A stretch of DNA of 61,584 bases, taken from contig JANPFC010000055.1 in NCBI GenBank assembly GCA_031423235.1, positions 1 through 61,584 on the forward strand. The letters are read 5' to 3'. The notes beneath the pieces were generated by a model. The model saw nothing but the letters and a program-made list of their open reading frames with translations. It did not search any database and was not told the origin of the DNA. The stretch is from Chlamydiota bacterium (GTDB lineage Bacteria > Chlamydiota > Chlamydiia > Chlamydiales > SM23-39). This document shows, one piece after another, positions 47,919 to 55,173 of the stretch (its first letter is position 1; each line of letters starts with the position of its first letter). The translations under genes were made by a program, and so were the position numbers.

Positions 47919-48622
47919 AATTGAGCCGGATTAGCGGCAAGGATCTGATCTGCTTTGGAACCTGCCCAATTGCGGAATAATTCAAGTAGTTGGGCGTCGT
48001 CTGGCATAGCGCCTTCAATTCTCATGTGGGGCCAATCAGTTGCCCATAGCATCCGTTCAGGCGCATGTTTGATCAGCGTTTTAGCAAGAGGTTCGATGTC
48101 TGCGTAGGGGAAGGGCTCTTTTGAAATGCGGTAGGGGGCGGAAATCTTGACCCAGCAGTTCCCTTTGTCGATGAGCTTGAGGAGCGAGGCGGTAGAATCT
48201 CTAGGGCCGTGCATTGCAAAATGGTCTAAGACGATTGGAATGGGCAAATCTACCATTTTATGCGCCCAATTCTGGAACATCTTGGCCGAAATGTAGAAAT
48301 CCATATGCCACCCAAGAGAGTCGATTCTCCTGGCATACCGTTCAATTGCATCCCACTCTAGCTTTTCGCCGCTTTTATGGTTGATTCGGCAGCCGATCAT
48401 CCCTCTTTGAGCAAGCGAGGCAAGATCTTTATCTGAAAGGGTAAAATCAATCTCGCCAACGCATCGGAAATTGGATCCAAGCTTGTCAAGCGCTTCAAAG
48501 GTCCGTTTGGGATCTTTGCCCTGCGTACTCGCCTGGACAATGATGCCCCGCTTTATCCCTAGCTTTTTGGCAAGCTCCAGATAAGCGCTTTCCGTAGCAT
48601 CCGGATAGGCGGGGCTGAGCAC
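47906..48622 (-). CDS. Amidohydrolase-2 (PF04909-like) family metal-dependent hydrolase; start uncertain
   Basis: WATDWPH near the C-terminus and DHFAMHG. The expected N-terminal metal motif (VDCHFHV) lies in-frame immediately upstream of the only GTG start (see findings). Confidence 0.65.
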   Translation of the reverse strand: MLSPAYPDATESAYLELAKKLGIKRGIIVQASTQGKDPKRTFEALDKLGSNFRCVGEIDFTLSDKDLASLAQRGMIGCRINHKSGEKLEWDAIERYARRIDSLGWHMDFYISAKMFQNWAHKMVDLPIPIVLDHFAMHGPRDSTASLLKLIDKGNCWVKISAPYRISKEPFPYADIEPLAKTLIKHAPERMLWATDWPHMRIEGAMPDDAQLLELFRNWAGSKADQILAANPAQFYSI

Positions 48623-48639
48623 ATGAAAGTGGCAGTCAA

Positions 48640-49149
48640 CTATCTGTGGGCTTGTAGAAATTCGAATGCCTTATGGTAATTTGGTTCAGTTGTAATTTCC
48701 GGTACGAGTTCAACATAAATCACGTGGTCTTTCTCGTCGAGAACGAAGAGGGATCTAGCGAGAAGTCCAGCCATAGGTCCTTCTTGAATCAATACGCCGT
48801 ATAATTTGCCGAAATCTTTGTTGCGCATCATCGAGAAGGTGAGTACATTGTGGACGCCTTCGTGCTCGCAAAATCGCTTTTGAGCAAAGGGCAGGTCGGC
48901 AGAAACTGTTATGAAGACGAATTCTGGGTGCTTTTTAGCAAAGTCGTTGATGTGTTTTGTCATTGTGCTGCAAGTTCCAGTGTCTATGCTTGGAACCGTT
49001 GCGATGATCTTTCTTTTTCCATTGAATTCGTGAAGGCTTCGATCTTTCAAATCTTTATCGACTAGATGGAAATCGGGAGCTTTAGTGTGAACTTGCGGTA
49101 GGTTGCCGGTTAGGGCAACTGGTTTGCCTTTGAATGCTGTCTGAGTCAT
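48640..49149 (-). CDS. tpx: Thiol peroxidase (atypical 2-Cys peroxiredoxin Tpx)
   Basis: MTQTAFKGKPVALTG..., peroxidatic Cys motif VPSIDTGTCS, resolving Cys in FAQKRFCEHEG. The ATG at 49149 gives the usual ~169 aa; the longer ORF (to 49260) would overlap the upstream gene. Confidence 0.9.
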   Translation of the reverse strand: MTQTAFKGKPVALTGNLPQVHTKAPDFHLVDKDLKDRSLHEFNGKRKIIATVPSIDTGTCSTMTKHINDFAKKHPEFVFITVSADLPFAQKRFCEHEGVHNVLTFSMMRNKDFGKLYGVLIQEGPMAGLLARSLFVLDEKDHVIYVELVPEITTEPNYHKAFEFLQAHR

Positions 49150-49160
49150 AAATACCTCGT

Positions 49161-49913
49161 TCAATTTTTTTTTGCGTATCCACAATACCCCGTTGCAAGG
49201 CTTTTTGAAAAGCGAAAGGTGAAGTTTTCTGGCACCTTTCTTTTGAAAAGCATTTGCCAAAATGGCTTGGAAAGGATTTTGGGGCTAAACCCCATAAGAT
49301 TGACCACTTCCAAATCTTTCGACTCGCAAATTTCCTTGAGCTCTTCCGGTTTGATGAAGAGGGGATAGACATGCATGTTTTTAGGGGCGTTGGGAACACA
49401 CCATTCAACACCCTTGATGATCAGCATATAGCTCAAGAAATTCCGGTTGAAGGTGTGGAAGAAGAAGAGGCCCCCCGGTTTTAAAACGCGGCTCGCCTCA
49501 GAAATGAGTAAACTGGGTTCTTCAACGTGTTCGAGCACATCCATTGCGCAAACCACATTGAACATCTCATTTTCAAAGGGGAGCGCGTAGGCGTTCGCGA
49601 CTGCATAGGAGACTTTCTTAGTCATATCGTATCTTTTCGCCACTTCCAAGCTCGAAGGGGAGAGGTCGATCCCATAGACGGTGTGCCCCTCTTTGGAAAG
49701 GGCATTTGTCAAAATCCCCGCCCCGCAGCCGATATCCAAAACGGTCTTGTTCTTTCCTATTTCAGAGATGATCCAAGGAACCCGGACCGCATTTTCCGCT
49801 CTGAGGAGAGCGATCGGATGGTCTGAGGCTGTGTACCACCCATCAGCCAACTCCTCGTAGAAGTCGTTGTTTATTGTTTGAGTACCGGTTTGTTTTTCCA
49901 TATTACATTCCAA
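49161..49913 (-). CDS. ubiG: UbiG-like class I SAM-dependent O-methyltransferase
   Basis: VLDIGCGAGILT, GIDLS, DVLEHVEEP, LKPGGLFFFHTFNRN and FIKPEEL closely follow the UbiG pattern. Lies in an operon with the type III PKS. Confidence 0.7.
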   Translation of the reverse strand: MECNMEKQTGTQTINNDFYEELADGWYTASDHPIALLRAENAVRVPWIISEIGKNKTVLDIGCGAGILTNALSKEGHTVYGIDLSPSSLEVAKRYDMTKKVSYAVANAYALPFENEMFNVVCAMDVLEHVEEPSLLISEASRVLKPGGLFFFHTFNRNFLSYMLIIKGVEWCVPNAPKNMHVYPLFIKPEELKEICESKDLEVVNLMGFSPKILSKPFWQMLFKRKVPENFTFRFSKSLATGYCGYAKKN

Positions 49914-50377
49914 AAGAGGATTTGATAGCAGAGGAACAGCGCCATTGTTCCGAACTGCATTTGTAAAAAGAGGCGGAGGGCTTCAGGCTGATTGAGCCAG
50001 CGGGCGATCCAAGGCGTCACTTCAATGCCTTGGACAACAGGCCACATGAATCCTGCAGAGGTTAGGGTGATCGGATGGAGGGTGAATAAAACGGCGTGGA
50101 GCCAATTTTCGGTTGCGGGGCAGTGCTCTTTGTGGACGAATTCGTCTTTAGTGACGAGAATTGAGGAAAATGAGGCGAGTGCGATGTAGATGACGAGCGC
50201 TGTTGTTGAGAAGGGGACGAATAGGATGAATCCCATGCATACAAGAACGCTTAACGTGTCGATCGGGTGGCCGATCCGCTCCCATAGAGGCAAGCCGCGC
50301 CGGATGTGGAAGTACCCTTCATCAAAAACCATTCCCAAAGCTTGAAGTGCAAAGGGAAGTACTCCTAAGATCCACAT
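49871..50377 (-). CDS. Small polytopic membrane protein (His/Glu-rich loops), function unknown
   Basis: About 168 aa from the ATG at 50377 (MWILGVLPFALQ...). 4-5 hydrophobic helices with polar motifs FDEGYFH and KDEFVHKEH. Overlaps the PKS stop by 13 nt and the MT start by 31-43 nt. Confidence 0.45.
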   Translation of the reverse strand: MWILGVLPFALQALGMVFDEGYFHIRRGLPLWERIGHPIDTLSVLVCMGFILFVPFSTTALVIYIALASFSSILVTKDEFVHKEHCPATENWLHAVLFTLHPITLTSAGFMWPVVQGIEVTPWIARWLNQPEALRLFLQMQFGTMALFLCYQILFWNVIWKNKPVLKQ

Positions 50378-51459
50378 GTTTTTACCATAAGTGCGCCAGC
50401 GATGGTCAAACCTGGACCAAATGCTAAGCTGATGATTGGTGTATTTGCGGGGACTTTTGGATCTCTTAAGATCTTGTCCCAAATATGGGGCAAAGTGGCT
50501 GACGACATGTTTCCATACTCTTTTAGAACCTCAAAGCTGTAGGCCATCTGCGCATCTGTCAATTTTAGAAGGTCCTGAACGTGCAAGAGGATCTTAGGTC
50601 CTCCAGGATGGACCGCAAAGAGAGCATTTGAGGGGATTGTCCAGCATAAACGGTCTAAATACCCTTTCAGATGGCGGGTAATCAATACGGCGACCTCTTT
50701 GGCGAGCGACATTTTAAAGCCCCATTCGATCACATCCCAGGTCATCGCTTTGATTGAATTGGGGATGATTTCCTCCCGAACCTTTAACACTTTAATGCTT
50801 GGCTGATCGGTTTCTTTGACGAGGGAATATTTCATGAAGCCGTCGGCAAAGAGGCTTTGCGATACGAGCTGATCGAGTTCGTGTTTAGAGGGGTTGGAAT
50901 GAAGCGAGCAAATTTCCGTGTGGACGATATCGATCCGTCTTTTCTCTTCTCCGCTCTTCAGAAAACCGGACCCCATCCGAATGGCGGGGATAGAGCCGTA
51001 GCATCCCATGTGGTAGGCGTGGGTGGCGGTAGTTAAATTGCCCCAGTCTCTCTTCGAAATGATGGTTTGGGCGCCGCTCGGAGAGACGTATCCTGTGCAG
51101 GTTACGTGGATAAGATCATCGGGAGCCTCGGCACCTTCCGGGTAGTACTGCTCAAAGATGCTATTTACTTCACTTTGGAAAATTTTACTTCTGGCGGAGA
51201 GGTCTTTTCCTGCAGGGAGCTCATGGAGCCTATAGATCTCCATCTGATCCCAATTCGTATGGAGAAAATCGGAAAGCACGTGGCCCCGTTTTTGAATTCT
51301 GTCTGGTTTGCAGCCGACATGCCAGAGCTTTTCCTTAATAACAGGTCGGAACTCTTCTTTCCCCTCTGCCATGACGTGGGCTTCTACGAGCCAGTCGAGC
51401 GTATCTTCTTGGGTCGATTCATATTTTGGACGAATAAGTTGGAAATCAGTGAGAAGCAT
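50365..51459 (-). CDS. Type III polyketide synthase (chalcone/stilbene synthase superfamily)
   Basis: Catalytic triad contexts: Cys in HVTCTGYVSPSGA, His in FAVHPGGPKIL, Asn in YGNMSSATLPHI. 364 aa. Confidence 0.9.
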   Translation of the reverse strand: MLLTDFQLIRPKYESTQEDTLDWLVEAHVMAEGKEEFRPVIKEKLWHVGCKPDRIQKRGHVLSDFLHTNWDQMEIYRLHELPAGKDLSARSKIFQSEVNSIFEQYYPEGAEAPDDLIHVTCTGYVSPSGAQTIISKRDWGNLTTATHAYHMGCYGSIPAIRMGSGFLKSGEEKRRIDIVHTEICSLHSNPSKHELDQLVSQSLFADGFMKYSLVKETDQPSIKVLKVREEIIPNSIKAMTWDVIEWGFKMSLAKEVAVLITRHLKGYLDRLCWTIPSNALFAVHPGGPKILLHVQDLLKLTDAQMAYSFEVLKEYGNMSSATLPHIWDKILRDPKVPANTPIISLAFGPGLTIAGALMVKTCGS

Positions 51460-51526
51460 GGAACAAAGCTACCTAGCCCTTCATTTTTGAGGCAATTAAA
51501 ATCGGAGTTTTTGTACGCTCCAAATT

Positions 51527-51727
51527 ATGCGAAAGATATTCTGGATGCTGATCCTTTTTGGTGCTTACATTTGGTCGATGACCTCCGGCCATGACCGGAT
51601 GATCATTGATCAGGGGAAAAACCTCTATACAGCGCTTGTCTCATGGCTGGACGACGCCGATGTCGATTTTCAGGTGAAGCCGAAAAAGACGCCCAAAGTC
51701 AAAAAAAAGTCCCGCCGCTGGGACTAA
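51527..51727 (+). CDS. Small hypothetical membrane-anchored protein with Lys-rich tail
   Basis: 66 aa. N-terminal TM MRKIFWMLILFGAYIWSM and a C-terminal KPKKTPKVKKKSRRW. Support is weak. Confidence 0.3.
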   Translation: MRKIFWMLILFGAYIWSMTSGHDRMIIDQGKNLYTALVSWLDDADVDFQVKPKKTPKVKKKSRRWD

Positions 51728-53322
51728 TTGACGGTTATCGTAATGGGGTTTCCCTCGTTGCCAAAGCTGTCTACGGAAGTGATTGAGTACGTAGCCATGC
51801 TATTAGGTTCTCTTCCATGGTCCTCGTATTGAAAGGTATTCGAAGAGACTTGAGCGATAAAAGTTCCATTTCGGTAGATCCGATACCCGGCAACGTGAGT
51901 ACTCAAACTCCTTGCCCACTTCAAGAGATTGAAAAATTCCACTTGCAAGCCAAAGTCGTTGGTGATTTGCTGGCCAAAAGCGGTGGCTGGAGGAGCAATT
52001 CCTATGTCTGCCCATGATGATTGCACAATGAAATACGTTCCGTTATCGCGTCTCCATACCGCAACAGCTATCCCGTCAGCATTTACGGAGACTTGGGTTG
52101 TGTCGGAGTTCGCCCCAGCAATCGAGAGATCGGCAGGTGTTGACCACGCCCCAGTCCCAAAGGCAAGGGTTGATGCCTGTATGATTGTATCGGATCCGTA
52201 GTATTCCCATATGGCGACAGCGTTTCCATCTCCGTCGACCCCAACCTGAGGTAAATTGGCGCTGAACGCAGAATTTGAGAGATCAACGGGCGTTGTCCAG
52301 GCTCCGCCAAAGGGGAGTGTAGATGACTGAATCATGGACATCGGCCCATTGAAGGATGCCCAGACAGCGACAGCATTGCCATCTGGGTCTACTGCGACTT
52401 GCGATGCACTGCTATTAAAGCCCGCAGGAGAGACGTCCACAGGAGGAGACCATGCTATTATCGGGGCAAAGGGTAATGTAGAGGATTGGATGATGTCATT
52501 GGCCCCATCGAACCGTTGCCAGACGGCGACAGCATTCCCGAATGCATCTACGGCCACTTGCGGGAAGGTGGCGTTTTGTCCAGGAACGGAAATATCGCCA
52601 GACAAACTCCATACAAAAAAGTTCAAATCAAACGAACCGGCAAGAATAATGGTATTTGCTCCATCGAATCGGCTCCATATTGCGACAGCATTCCCGTTTG
52701 GATCTACCGCAACTTGGGGATTGGCCGCATCTTGTCCTAGACCGGAAAGAGTTGCAGCACCTGTCCACATCATGCCAAACATATTAGCCTTCACATTGGC
52801 TTGTATGACTATATTCGCTCCGTCGAACCGTTGTCAAACAGCGACAGCATTGCCCACAGGATCAACACCGATTTGAGGAAGCGAAGCATTTTCTCCTGCT
52901 ACGGAAAGGTCATCAGTGATAACAGACCAGGGCATGTTGAGGGGCTTCGTTCTGGATTGTATGATCGTATTTGCGCCATCATTTCGGCTCCATACAGCGA
53001 CAGCATTGCCGGATGCATCAACAGCGACTTGCGGGTCAATGGCATCTTGTCCTGCAGCGGAAAGGTCAGTTATGGGCGACCATGCAGTTGATCCGAAGCT
53101 AAGCGTTGCGGATTGAATGATTGTGCTGGCTCCATCAAAGCGTTGCCACACAGCGACAGCATTCCCGTTTGGGTCTACGGCGACTTGGGGAACATCAGCA
53201 TTCCCGCCGGTAAGGGATGCATCGAGTGGAGGCGCTGACCATGTTGCAGACATAAGCGGACACACTAAAATACACCCCAGAATCCATAGATAGCGCCATA
53301 CTGATTTCATTGAGAGCCTCAT
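51724..53322 (-). pseudogene. Secreted 8-repeat protein with Fn3-like C-terminus, interrupted by one in-frame TGA (52834..52836)
   Basis: ORFs 52834..53322 (signal peptide plus repeats 1-3a) and 51724..52794 are in the same frame. The sequence across the gap reads GNAVAV*QRFDGAN, where the other seven repeats read GNAVA(V/I)W. Confidence 0.65.
52009..53190 (-). repeat. Eight tandem ~156-bp (~52-aa) coding repeats
   Basis: Consensus PQVAVDxxGNAVAVWxRFDGANTIIQSSTLxFGxxWSxPxDLSxxGxNA, counted eight times in the translation. Confidence 0.7.
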
Positions 53323-53352
53323 TTTAAAGAAATAATTTGAGGCAGAGTTGGG

Positions 53353-55173
53353 TTATTGTCCAGCTAAATATGTCTGATCGGCGATTGCTATGAATCCATC
53401 GAGAACCCGATCGAACTCGGCGAGTAATCGGGGGTATTTATGCCCGATATGCGGCCGGCTTCTTGCTATTATTTCTCTTAATTCCGCTGTACTCATGTCC
53501 ATCATAGGGGACAAGTGAGTTAAGTCTTCATCCTTAGCCCATTCGGAAATAGCGACAGATGCCACGATAGCTTTAAGCGGCTTTTGTTTTGTGGGAAAAT
53601 TCTCTGCGGCAGATTGTCTCATATTGGTTATAAATTGCTTTCTGTCGATTAACGCAATCGATTGAATGGCCAAACGGGCCTCAGCATCGGTTGCTTCATC
53701 CTTCAACCAATCGGTGCATAAAGACTCAGCTTCGGCATTTTTTTTTAAAACAGCCAGCACATCACCCCATGCGGTTTGCCTTTCCAAATCAGGGACTCTC
53801 CGCTTTAACTGATCCATGAATTGAATCACGATGTCGATAGGATGGGCTTTGATGAAGGTGTATATATCTCTAGAAATCCGGCATGCCAATCGATTGGGCA
53901 GCCTGACCTTAGTAATAGCCATCCATCCTTCAAGGAATATGCAAAATGAATCGATTTGCACATTTGACAAATTTAAAATCTTTTGAAAAAGGGGTTCGTT
54001 CAGCAGATCGTAGAGCTGCTGGGGATCAAGAAGTTTTTGGTGTAGCAATTCAAAAACTAGAAATGGATTTGAGATCAAATAGCTTATTTGAGCCCGGTAA
54101 AGTTCTATTTCTGCTATTTTTCGAGAGCTGGGATTTACAGTATTCATAAGCATGGAAAAGAACTTCATCGGAGTATTTTGACGATAAAACTCGATTGTTT
54201 CACGAGATATGGGTTGGTATTCGAATTTATCGCAATGATACGGGCCAAAATCTATCCGGAGCTCTTCTCCCGCCTTAATGGGTCTGCTTGCGATGAATAG
54301 TTGATATGGAATGCCCCCTACATCGATGACTTCATTATGGCAGTTAGGGGTGCCGTCTTTGATCATAGCGGCAAGGTTTGTGATTTCGCCCGCATCGACC
54401 TCTCCCATTCGAGCATGGGCCTTCTCATCCCTTTCTCCAGGTGCAGCGGGCGAGATTTTCCCACCATGAAACCCGACGATGTCTCCTGAAGAGATCCCTT
54501 GAGTGGTTATCACTTGATGGGTACCGCTTTTGAGGGCAAGCGGGGGGAGCTTAAAACGGTTTTTTAAGAATCTAGCTTCCAATTCTGGATCGGTTTTCCT
54601 AACGGCCGAGAGCCAATACTTCGCAAGGGATTCTCTTGTTCCAACAAGCTCATGAGAGTAAGTCATTCCATAAAGTCTATTAAATTCCTCCGCCCTTAGC
54701 TCTCTCGTGATCCCATTTGGCTGTTGTTGAAGAACTACAGGTTCCTTATTTTCTGGAAAGCGGGGGTTTAGCACGCACTGCAGCTCTTTCAAGTTTGGCA
54801 AATCCCTGGTTTTCGCTGCTGTTTTTATCATTTGTTCGATCTCCCCATTTCTCTCGATTTCAAGATAGTGAAGAGGGGTCCAGTTCACTTTATCTAAAGG
54901 AAGGGGATTTGCTCCAAGAGCGAGCAGTATTTTTACAACGTCCGCATTTCCATCCATAGCCGCTACGGCCAAGGGGGTTAGCTTGTACAACGGGTCTTTC
55001 TCATCAACATGATCGACTTTTTTTAGGAGCTTTACAATTGAGGAGAGGGGCTGTCTCAGCGCGATCAAGTAGTGGAGTTTTTGAGCCGTGGGCGCAGTCG
55101 CGTACCCATCGCGTGGAAACATACTCTCTAATGGAAATAGTTGCTGTGGCGGCATCAATATCAATGGATTCAA
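53353..55173 (-). CDS. Ankyrin-repeat + SET-domain protein (putative protein-lysine methyltransferase effector), copy 2
   Basis: ANK: LTPLAVAAMDGNADVVKILLALGANPLPLDKVNWTPLHYLE. SET C-terminal signature NLAAMIKDGTPNC...IASRPIKAGEELRIDFG (compare NHSCxPN...GEELxxDY). Confidence 0.7.
   Translation of the reverse strand: MNPLILMPPQQLFPLESMFPRDGYATAPTAQKLHYLIALRQPLSSIVKLLKKVDHVDEKDPLYKLTPLAVAAMDGNADVVKILLALGANPLPLDKVNWTPLHYLEIERNGEIEQMIKTAAKTRDLPNLKELQCVLNPRFPENKEPVVLQQQPNGITRELRAEEFNRLYGMTYSHELVGTRESLAKYWLSAVRKTDPELEARFLKNRFKLPPLALKSGTHQVITTQGISSGDIVGFHGGKISPAAPGERDEKAHARMGEVDAGEITNLAAMIKDGTPNCHNEVIDVGGIPYQLFIASRPIKAGEELRIDFGPYHCDKFEYQPISRETIEFYRQNTPMKFFSMLMNTVNPSSRKIAEIELYRAQISYLISNPFLVFELLHQKLLDPQQLYDLLNEPLFQKILNLSNVQIDSFCIFLEGWMAITKVRLPNRLACRISRDIYTFIKAHPIDIVIQFMDQLKRRVPDLERQTAWGDVLAVLKKNAEAESLCTDWLKDEATDAEARLAIQSIALIDRKQFITNMRQSAAENFPTKQKPLKAIVASVAISEWAKDEDLTHLSPMMDMSTAELREIIARSRPHIGHKYPRLLAEFDRVLDGFIAIADQTYLAGQ

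Noticed and set aside
51067-51594. 175-aa plus-strand ORF.
   Set aside because: It is almost entirely antisense to the type III PKS gene, whose catalytic motifs are clear. Only the small ORF 51527..51727 downstream of the PKS start is kept, at low confidence.
52834-52836. Possibility that TGA is reassigned to Trp in this genome, which would make the repeat protein intact.
   Set aside because: TGA is used as an ordinary stop at several well-supported gene ends in the same window, for example the HD hydrolase (14413..14415, overlapping the next ATG) and the upstream Ank-SET gene (55170..55172). A global reassignment is therefore not supported. Local readthrough or a sequence error remains possible.
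52334-53116. Plus-strand ORFs of 66-180 aa (52334..52876, 52486..52740, 52801..53091, 52916..53116) with their own repetitive sequence.
   Set aside because: They are the mirror image of the minus-strand 156-bp coding repeats. The minus-strand frame has a signal peptide, a consistent repeat consensus and an Fn3-like C-terminus, so the plus-strand ORFs are artefacts.
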